Source: Escherichia coli
Lineage (GTDB): Bacteria > Pseudomonadota > Gammaproteobacteria > Enterobacterales > Enterobacteriaceae
Assembly (NCBI RefSeq): GCF_003334315.1
Contig: NZ_QOWR01000039.1
Direction: 5' to 3' (one strand)
DNA length: 44,728 nucleotides
The notes under the pieces: generated by a model
The model's database searches: none
Told to the model about the DNA's origin: nothing
The model's input: only the letters and a program-made list of their open reading frames with translations
Position numbers and translations under genes: made by a program
Shown: in pieces, positions 35,618-42,401 of the stretch
Position numbering within the stretch: position 1 is the stretch's first letter
How the letters are laid out: the number at the start of each line of letters is the position of its first letter

Positions 35618-36028
35618 TTAGATTTTAAGTTTGTCCTGGGCTACAACGACAGGTTTTCCGGATGTGTCGATGACTCCTACCGTCGGTACGCCATTTTTGA
35701 TTTCGAAGAACGGTTTGTTGCTACCTGAGCACAGTTGATTGTCCCCGTATTCAATCATTTGTGCTTTCCCGGTTTTCAGGTTAACTACCGAGACAGTGTA
35801 GTCGTAGCACCAGGCACCACCACGTTCAAGCACGAAAACATAGCTGTTATCTTTATAGTTGAACTGATTCTTTGTCTGGCAATTCATACCGTCAATTTCG
35901 GTACAGGAAAACGCTTCTGTAGTATTAACGTATTTGATGTTATTTGGCAGTTTTACTTGTTTCGCAGTAGCGAAGACAGAGAACAGAATAGTTACAGCAA
36001 CGAGTAAAGTTTTGATAAAAGTTTTCAT
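35618..36028 (-). CDS. hypothetical secreted protein (136 aa, cleavable signal peptide, five Cys in the mature part)
   Basis: The N-terminus MKTFIKTLLVAVTILFSVFATA-KQ looks like a Sec signal. I recognise no family. The gene is AT-richer than the flanking island genes. Confidence 0.6.
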   Translation of the reverse strand: MKTFIKTLLVAVTILFSVFATAKQVKLPNNIKYVNTTEAFSCTEIDGMNCQTKNQFNYKDNSYVFVLERGGAWCYDYTVSVVNLKTGKAQMIEYGDNQLCSGSNKPFFEIKNGVPTVGVIDTSGKPVVVAQDKLKI

Positions 36029-36043
36029 GATAGACTCCTTAAA

Positions 36044-36532
36044 TTAGTTAAACGCAGCTACGTAGTTTTTCACCAGATACGCGAATTCATGCACGCCAAT
36101 TTCACCGAACCAAACCAGGTAGGCCGGGTCATCTAAACCAAAGTAACGGTAGCCAACAACTTCATGGGTTTTTGGGTTATAGAGTGTTACGATAAAGTCC
36201 CAGCCGCAGGTATTGGCTTTGCAACCGTCGCCCTGGAGCCAGACTGTATCGTTAATGTTTACTGGCGTGATACCTCCACCAGGGCCATCCATATAGCCGC
36301 CTTTACCGAACATGCCGCTCAGTCCGACCGGTTTTAATGCTTTGTCGATAGCGGCTTTGTAGGTAGCGTCACCTTCGTACAACTCGTACGTTGATGGACA
36401 CGCTCCAGGTTGTTCAGCCCAGGCTTCCGGGTTACAACTAAGTGCTTGTTTTACGGTAGCCGCTTCTGCGTTAAAGTTAAAGCCCGTGAACAGAACCGCC
36501 AGAAATAACATAAGGGTATGTAAACGTTTCAT
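36044..36532 (-). CDS. secreted protein with Ivy-like (inhibitor of vertebrate lysozyme) signature
   Basis: From the ATG at 36532 the protein reads MKRLHTLMLFLAVLFTGFNFNAEA-ATVKQ.. (signal peptide). The core ..VWLQGDGCKANTCGWDFIVTLYNP.. parallels the Ivy loop ..QVMSACKPHDCGSQRIAVMWSE.. (C-K-x3-C-G followed by a beta strand). The ORF track extends to 36835, but that extension crosses the upstream terminator. An alternative start at 36727 (MKLPVKLLMSLISLVSVIARA) is possible. Confidence 0.5.
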   Translation of the reverse strand: MKRLHTLMLFLAVLFTGFNFNAEAATVKQALSCNPEAWAEQPGACPSTYELYEGDATYKAAIDKALKPVGLSGMFGKGGYMDGPGGGITPVNINDTVWLQGDGCKANTCGWDFIVTLYNPKTHEVVGYRYFGLDDPAYLVWFGEIGVHEFAYLVKNYVAAFN

Positions 36533-36821
36533 TGTAAATATTCTTCCGTTGTAAATGGCGCTGGAAAATTTCTCATCAGTGAAACCTTCCGGAAGTTTCC
36601 CCCCCTTGTATGATGTATATCGCCAGTATTTTATTTCATCCCGGCTGTAATTTTTATATTCCCCGGCACGTGCAATAACGCTGACCAGAGATATAAGGCT
36701 CATTAATAACTTTACAGGTAATTTCATAATTAAATTTCCAGTGAGTGAATTGACAGGTGAGGGGTAAAACTTTCTCTCAGGTAATATATATCTGAAAATA
36801 TTTTCAATAACACCAGACAGG

Positions 36822-36847
36822 AAAAACACCACCACAGGCGGTGGCGT
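36822..36847 (-). terminator. putative terminator of the dynamin-like/patatin operon
   Basis: On the minus strand, ACGCCACC-gcctgt-GGTGGTGT (one G-U pair) is followed by TTTTC. It lies 15 nt after the patatin stop. Confidence 0.6.
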
Positions 36848-36862
36848 TTCTTTGGGGCGTCT

Positions 36863-37933
36863 TTATTTAATCCGGGCCATCGCGTTTCTCAGTGCCAAAT
36901 CTGCCTCTTCCGTTATATCCAGGCTTTTCTGCAATACCGCCTCTGACCGGGTCAGTGCCTGACGTGCTGCCAAGGGGTTCCGGATATGCTCCATCGTCAG
37001 CATCGTGTCTTCATAGCCCTGCTGACGCCAGATGTCGGTATGTGCCGATGTAAAACTGAGCAGACCGCCACTTTTGCCTTCTTCCCCTGTGTGTTTCAGC
37101 CTTTTCCGGGGACGGATTTCAAGGATTGTGGTGTCCGGAAAAGCCCGGCGATCCCATAAAGAACCGTCACTCAGATGCGTCACAATCACCATATTGCATC
37201 CGGCATCGACCAGAGGCGTTACAGGGGTATTTCCCTGCATATTTCGCCATCCTCCCATCCCACCATCACCGAACATTGTCCCCTGAACCTCACGGGGATG
37301 GAACAACAGGGGCAGTGCGGCTGACGCAAGCAGAGCCTCTTTCTGCTGTCCGCGGGGCAGACTCTGGATATGCTGAAAAACGGCGTTTTTCGTGGTTCCG
37401 GCACCCAGTTCAGCACGAATGCAGTCAATAATATCCTGTATGCCCCCTTCTGTGGGGTACAGCGACACATACAGCGGTAGCCCGTCTGCCAGAGCATCAG
37501 TATCAAGATAATGATCCATCAGCGCTGTCAGAGGCTCATCTGACAACAGCGGCTGAGCCATCGGATTGTCGAAGCCGTTGATTATCGATATATGGCGAAG
37601 AAGTATCGTAAGCAGTGCTCCTGCACGTCCGGGGATCTGGCAGAGGTTCATTGCCTGGAACAATTTTTTCAGCAATGAAAAGTAAACCGATCGGTTTACC
37701 GACAGCACCTGATTATTCCCCAGATGATCCCAGAGCGCCTCCAGGCGTACGGCAGCTTCTGACAGATCGGGAGAGGCCGCGATAATGGCACCATTGAATG
37801 CGCCAATGCTGGCCCCTGAAACCATGCTGATCTGTGTACCACACTCTGCCAGTGCCTTAACCACTCCCGCCTGATAAGCGCCCACCGCCCCGCCACCGGA
37901 CAGCACCAGCCCCGTTTTCATTTCTGTACTCAT
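36863..37933 (-). CDS. patatin-like phospholipase
   Basis: It has the oxyanion-hole motif LSGGGAVGAYQAG (aa 11-23), the nucleophile elbow G-A-S-I-G (Ser42) and the catalytic D-G-G (Asp223). The ATG overlaps the upstream stop (ATGA). Confidence 0.88.
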   Translation of the reverse strand: MSTEMKTGLVLSGGGAVGAYQAGVVKALAECGTQISMVSGASIGAFNGAIIAASPDLSEAAVRLEALWDHLGNNQVLSVNRSVYFSLLKKLFQAMNLCQIPGRAGALLTILLRHISIINGFDNPMAQPLLSDEPLTALMDHYLDTDALADGLPLYVSLYPTEGGIQDIIDCIRAELGAGTTKNAVFQHIQSLPRGQQKEALLASAALPLLFHPREVQGTMFGDGGMGGWRNMQGNTPVTPLVDAGCNMVIVTHLSDGSLWDRRAFPDTTILEIRPRKRLKHTGEEGKSGGLLSFTSAHTDIWRQQGYEDTMLTMEHIRNPLAARQALTRSEAVLQKSLDITEEADLALRNAMARIK

Positions 37934-38835
37934 GCAGCCCCCTTCTGAAATATTTCATCGACCATACTTTCAGAGAGGCGTTCTGCAGAGCAGAGGCGAG
38001 GCATGCGAACCGGTAAGTGTTCTGCAGCCTGCGTGGTTGACCAGATCACCGGATGCTGCTCTTCACTGCACCAGTCTCCCAGCCAGTTAATCGCGTCATG
38101 CCACTCGTTATCTGCCTGCTCCCGGCCCTGACCACCAAGCCAGTCCAGAGTGTTCAGACGCACGGTTGCACTACCGCCACTCTCCTGTGCCATCTGCGTT
38201 AATGCTTTATGTCTGAGAATATCCAGTAGCTGGTTAACCTGGCCTGTTTCGCTCTGACGTATCACATCACCAAACGCGCCCCAGCGAAGCTCTTCAAGTG
38301 CCACATAACAACGTCCGGCAGGGGAAAATGACGCATATCGCCCGGCGCTCCACCATGAGAATATCTGCTCAAGATGTAACTGCGCCCGCTGAACCTGGTC
38401 AACACGGTGGAGTTTTTCTTCAAGATGATTCAGTTTATGGTGAACCTGATCGGCCAGGGTGAGTAACTGCTCCCGCGTATCTGCGGAATAATGCGCCAGC
38501 CTGGCTGTATCACTGACCAGTGAACTGACCCTGTCGTTTACCCGGGTAATCGCGTAGTTTGTGGTGGCAAGTGACGTTGTCATCTCCGTCAGCCAGCGCA
38601 GGGACGCCTCAACGCCCTGTGCAAGCGACGCATTGATGGCATTCTGCCGTGCAGCGCCTTCGCCGGTCAGCCCCTCTTTTAAACGCCGGAAGAACGTGCG
38701 CTCTCCGGCCGTGCGGATATGCTCCTGTGCAACATCGATTCCGTTTGCGAAATCAACCACAAATTTTTCAGGAAGACAGGTGAGTACCTGACATACCCGG
38801 TTATCAGCAATTTGTTGAATAAATGGTGAAGTCAC
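37930..38835 (-). CDS. YjcZ/RdcB-like protein (partner of the dynamin-like GTPase)
   Basis: The 301-aa protein has a central coiled-coil-like segment (..REQLLTLADQVHHKLNHLEEKLHRVDQVQRAQLHLEQ..). Its size, position immediately after a YjdA-like GTPase and motifs such as ..GEGAARQNAINASL.. and ..ALEELRWGAFGD.. recall E. coli YjcZ (RdcB). The GTG start overlaps the upstream stop (GTGA). Confidence 0.6.
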   Translation of the reverse strand: MTSPFIQQIADNRVCQVLTCLPEKFVVDFANGIDVAQEHIRTAGERTFFRRLKEGLTGEGAARQNAINASLAQGVEASLRWLTEMTTSLATTNYAITRVNDRVSSLVSDTARLAHYSADTREQLLTLADQVHHKLNHLEEKLHRVDQVQRAQLHLEQIFSWWSAGRYASFSPAGRCYVALEELRWGAFGDVIRQSETGQVNQLLDILRHKALTQMAQESGGSATVRLNTLDWLGGQGREQADNEWHDAINWLGDWCSEEQHPVIWSTTQAAEHLPVRMPRLCSAERLSESMVDEIFQKGAA

Positions 38836-41228
38836 AGCATTGTCTCCAGCTCTTCCCTCAGCGCCTTACTGTCAGTAATGAGCTCAGGAACCCTTTCATT
38901 TAATGCCTGAAGTCGCCCGGTAAGTCGTTCCTGCGCCTGCTGATCGCGTTTATGATCTTCAGAGCTCTGAATCAGCGTGTTACGCAGTTGTTCAACTTTC
39001 TCCCTGAATGCGCAGAAAAAGGCATCGATTTCCTGGCGGACGGGCTGGTTAATATCCTGCTCAATGGATGCCTGCAGCTCCCCGAAATATGCCCGGGTCA
39101 GTGACATAACTTCCTCTCTGACCTTGTTGATATTGATCACGCTGCGACTCACATCCTCGTCATAGTTTTCCCAGCCCAGGTCACTGGTGCCAAACCATCG
39201 ACAAACGGTTCCCCATACGCCACTCTGCCGACGGCGACGGGTGACGGTCTCCGTTCTTTCCTCCATAAGCGCACTCAGATTTATTTTTACCGCGAGCCGG
39301 GTCTGTAACTGGCTGACTGCCGGAAAACTGATTTTTACGGTAAAGCCCTCATCCTCCAGGCGGGCATTGATGCGACCGGCAATGTTTTCTGTGGCGTACA
39401 GGGCCGTGCCACGAAAACCTGTTTCAATCCCGCTGACGATTTTCTCCAGCTCAGGCCGGAACTGTGCTTCAGCCTCACGGTGCAGGCTGGTCACGGTCGA
39501 TTCGATTTGCGTCATCAGTTCAAGGGCTTCCCTGCGATCACTGAATTTTATTTCGGGGCTGTCCGGGGCAAAATCTCGTTTCCTGTAATCCTCCCGGCCC
39601 TGGTTGTTGATACCGGACCATTGAGAAATTTTCCCCCATAATCCGGACTGAGACCTTCGTTGTTCTGCGTCTTCTTCCTCCAGCATTTGCTGTTCTTTGC
39701 GTTTACCGCTTCTGAAATAGTCATTCAGCTCCTCTTCCAGTGAGGTGCAGACCCCCGTCAGTAATTCCCGGGTTTTAGTATCGATCTCCTCCATGGCCAT
39801 TCTGACATCAGTGGTCATCTGCTCCTGACAGTCCGCGATTTCCCGGATATCCGCAAGCAGGCTGGTGATATGCGACTGCAGTGACTGAATGCTTTGCTGT
39901 AGCCCCTGATGGCGTAACAACAGGTATTCACTGATATTTTCTGCATTCTGCATCAGTTTTGCGGCGGCAGAGTCAACCGCCAGTGCCGCAGCTCTGGAAT
40001 GTGAGCTCTGTATGACTTCCGTTATCAGTTGATCGATAAGTGAGCCTTCCCACAGGTCTGTCGCCCCTTCAGTTGCCAGTTCACTGTCTTTACAGACGTA
40101 TTCTTTTTTCATGCAACCGAAGGCACCTCTGATAAAATCATCGACCCAGGCTTCATCAACAGGAAGGGTTCCGTTTTTCCGTAACTCATGAAGCGCACGG
40201 TTAGCCAGGTATGCCTGGCGTGAGGATCCGGGATAAACGCGGGAGGCGGGCAGCACATCGCTGTTCAGCATTGCCGGAACTTTCTGGCGTACGGCATCTG
40301 CCCCATCGCCATTGCGGTCTTTCTCATCAAATTTATTGACCAGTACAAACAGGCGGCCGGCTGATACGTCAGCAATGGCATTAAGCTCTTTACGGACGTC
40401 TTCATCCGCTTTTGAGTTCATCTGGGTGTAATCCATCACAGCCAGAACCGCAGAGGCTTTCTGCAGTTGATCCCGCATCATCACTTCCATCTGCGGTTGT
40501 CCGGCCTCATTAGGGCCGGGGGTATCCAGCAGTGTGAGTGTTCCCTGGCATGCATCCATCCCCACCAGATGGCTGAATTCCACGTCGATCACCGGCAGTT
40601 TCTGCACTTCTGCGTATTCATCAAAAGGAAATTCAGTCCCCATTGCCGCAGCAAGACGAACCAGATCGTTTAACGATGCCAGTCCGGTAAAGATTTCCTC
40701 CTCCCCGTGGTATTCATTTTTGAGCCAGCCATCATCCGTCAGAATATCCAGCAGTTCGCGGGTATCCCCGGTTTGCTGCAGGGTCTGTGCGACCTGCTGT
40801 CCTGCCGGGGTGGCGAGTTTTTCCTGCAGTGTGATTAATAAATTGCGGACAGGCTGAATATGTTCCAGATGGAGAACCGGCTCAGTTTTTCCGGGAACGT
40901 GGCGGATGAGCGTCGGTACAGAGGTCATGGGGCGGTTACGGTTAGGCAGAATTTCCTGCCCCACAATGGCGTTGATGGTGGTTGATTTGCCTGCTTTCAT
41001 CGTGCCGACAACAGCCAGCACCATCTCCCTGCGGGCGGTTTTGATTTGTTCGCCCTCCAGCTCCTCAATTCTTTTCAGTGCTTTCTGTTTATCAAAAAGC
41101 AGTCTGTTTTCGTTCTTACTGTCAGATAACACATCTGGCTCCTCAACCATTTGCCGGAGCAGATTAATGTTCAGTTGCAAAAGTCGGTCGGCTTCATCAC
41201 AAAGCAGGGCGATGTTCTTTTCGTGCAT
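38832..41228 (-). CDS. bacterial dynamin-like GTPase, CrfC/YjdA(RdcA) paralogue (798 aa)
   Basis: G1 is GTMKAGKST (aa 75-83; nt 40983-41006), G3 is DTPGPNE (aa 235-241) and G4 is NKFD (aa 298-301). The stretch MVLAVVGTMKAGKSTTINAIVGQEILPNRNRPMTSVPTLIRH is almost identical in pattern to E. coli YjdA/CrfC. The C-terminal half is long and helical. An AGGAAGG SD lies 7 nt before the ATG. Confidence 0.88.
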   Translation of the reverse strand: MHEKNIALLCDEADRLLQLNINLLRQMVEEPDVLSDSKNENRLLFDKQKALKRIEELEGEQIKTARREMVLAVVGTMKAGKSTTINAIVGQEILPNRNRPMTSVPTLIRHVPGKTEPVLHLEHIQPVRNLLITLQEKLATPAGQQVAQTLQQTGDTRELLDILTDDGWLKNEYHGEEEIFTGLASLNDLVRLAAAMGTEFPFDEYAEVQKLPVIDVEFSHLVGMDACQGTLTLLDTPGPNEAGQPQMEVMMRDQLQKASAVLAVMDYTQMNSKADEDVRKELNAIADVSAGRLFVLVNKFDEKDRNGDGADAVRQKVPAMLNSDVLPASRVYPGSSRQAYLANRALHELRKNGTLPVDEAWVDDFIRGAFGCMKKEYVCKDSELATEGATDLWEGSLIDQLITEVIQSSHSRAAALAVDSAAAKLMQNAENISEYLLLRHQGLQQSIQSLQSHITSLLADIREIADCQEQMTTDVRMAMEEIDTKTRELLTGVCTSLEEELNDYFRSGKRKEQQMLEEEDAEQRRSQSGLWGKISQWSGINNQGREDYRKRDFAPDSPEIKFSDRREALELMTQIESTVTSLHREAEAQFRPELEKIVSGIETGFRGTALYATENIAGRINARLEDEGFTVKISFPAVSQLQTRLAVKINLSALMEERTETVTRRRRQSGVWGTVCRWFGTSDLGWENYDEDVSRSVININKVREEVMSLTRAYFGELQASIEQDINQPVRQEIDAFFCAFREKVEQLRNTLIQSSEDHKRDQQAQERLTGRLQALNERVPELITDSKALREELETML

Positions 41229-41289
41229 TATTTAACCTTCCTAAGACGCATTTTCATGACAACCACGGAGGAGGTCATTTACTACAAAC

Positions 41290-41336
41290 GATCGTTTATA
41301 ACGATCGATATGATAGTAACGATCGATGTATTCTAT
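41290..41336 (-). promoter_or_regulatory. three clustered GATC (Dam) sites with an OxyR-like tetrad pattern; agn43-type phase-variation switch
   Basis: GATC occurs at 41290-41293, 41303-41306 and 41321-41324, each as CGATCG. On the minus strand the tetrads ATAG-n7-CGAT-n7-ATCA-n7-CGTT (41336 down to 41300) fit the 4-7-4-7-4-7-4 spacing of the OxyR consensus. The region lies between the predicted -10 and the dynamin-like gene, in the same place relative to yeeP as the flu regulatory region in K-12. Confidence 0.65.
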
Positions 41337-41358
41337 TAACTTGAGAAACACAACGCAA
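41330..41358 (-). promoter_or_regulatory. sigma70-type promoter of the dynamin-like operon
   Basis: The minus strand has TTGCGT (41358-41353), a 17-nt spacer and TAGAAT (41335-41330), about 100 nt upstream of the ATG at 41228. Confidence 0.6.
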
Positions 41359-41445
41359 GGGGACAACCCGGGTATGGCTGCGTTTGCATAGTGTTTTCAT
41401 GGAGTTAAAAATCTGTAACAACAGCCTGGTACATCACCACCGGGT

Positions 41446-42318
41446 TCAGAAGAAAATCCAGTTCCATACCGCGCGGGCAACAGAGACCACCGAGTCACGG
41501 ACGGCGCGCAGAACCGTGCGTGCAACAGAGGCAATGCAGACGCTCTCCGCCGTGTCAAATATCCGGTCCACCGCACCGGTAAACTGTTCACGGGCCTGAG
41601 ACCGGACAGACTCCGTGCGCAGCTCGTCCTGCAGGCGGGTCATCAGGGGACTGGCGGCATGGTCGGGAAGTGCTGTCATGAGCGCACTGACCAGCGTATC
41701 CAGTTCCCAGCCGGTGCGGGCCGATACGGCAACAACCCGATGTACGGGCCGGAACAGACGGAATACCGCCTCCGTTTTTTCGCGAATGTTCTGTGCCTGT
41801 GCGGGAGAAGGCTGAATACCGGCCATATCCCATTCATGGCAGGGCTCCGTTTTATCGGCCTGCATCACCACAAACAGTACCCGCTGATGTCCCCGGTGCA
41901 GGATGTGTCGCCAGAAATACTCATCCACAGACAGGGCACGGTCATCGGCTTTAATCAGCCACAGTACCAGGTCCAGTTCGAGCAGAATGTCACGGTACAG
42001 GGCTTCATACTCTGCATCCCTGTCCCGGCTCTCGCCCACCCCGGGCAGGTCAGTGATAACCATGCTGTGACCATGGCCATTCAGACGGAAGCGCTGCACT
42101 TCCCGGGGGCCGGCGTGAACATCACTGACCGGGGTGACCTCCCCCTGAAACAGCGCATTACAGAGTGAGGATTTACCGGCCCCGCTTTTACCCATAATGC
42201 CAGGCACGGGTTCGTGACTGGTGAGTTTGCGCAGATGTTCCAGGATGTGACGGGAAAGTGAGTAAGGCAGGGAGGAGAGCGGTTTTTCAATTGCCTCAAT
42301 GGCATCAGACGGATTCAT
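41446..42318 (-). CDS. yeeP: island-associated GTPase of the YeeP/YkfA/YfjP family
   Basis: MNPSDAIEAIEKPLSSLPYSLSRHILEHLRKLTSHEPVPGIMGKSGAGKSSLCNALF.. has a P-loop, DLPG and a divergent G4 (QADK in place of NKxD). It matches YkfA/YeeP from the ATG at 42318; the ORF-track start at 42357 adds 13 codons. Confidence 0.88.
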   Translation of the reverse strand: MNPSDAIEAIEKPLSSLPYSLSRHILEHLRKLTSHEPVPGIMGKSGAGKSSLCNALFQGEVTPVSDVHAGPREVQRFRLNGHGHSMVITDLPGVGESRDRDAEYEALYRDILLELDLVLWLIKADDRALSVDEYFWRHILHRGHQRVLFVVMQADKTEPCHEWDMAGIQPSPAQAQNIREKTEAVFRLFRPVHRVVAVSARTGWELDTLVSALMTALPDHAASPLMTRLQDELRTESVRSQAREQFTGAVDRIFDTAESVCIASVARTVLRAVRDSVVSVARAVWNWIFF

Positions 42319-42401
42319 ACATGTATTCCCGGTGAAAAAAGACAAAACCCCGCGCACCGGAAAGGTGGCGGGGGATTCACGGAAATAATATCTGTCTGAA
42401 A

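Noticed and set aside
36533-36835. N-terminal extension of the Ivy-like ORF to 263 aa, as listed in the ORF track.
   Set aside because: The extension starts inside or upstream of the predicted terminator of the patatin operon and has no SD. It would put about 100 residues in front of a perfectly good signal peptide. The internal start at 36727 is kept only as an alternative.
41228-41278. A 16-codon upstream ORF (MTSSVVVMKMRLRKVK) whose TAA overlaps the ATG of the dynamin-like gene (TAATG).
   Set aside because: There is no Shine-Dalgarno sequence before its ATG and I have no conservation evidence. It may be chance within the leader. It is worth rechecking only if ribosome-profiling data exist.
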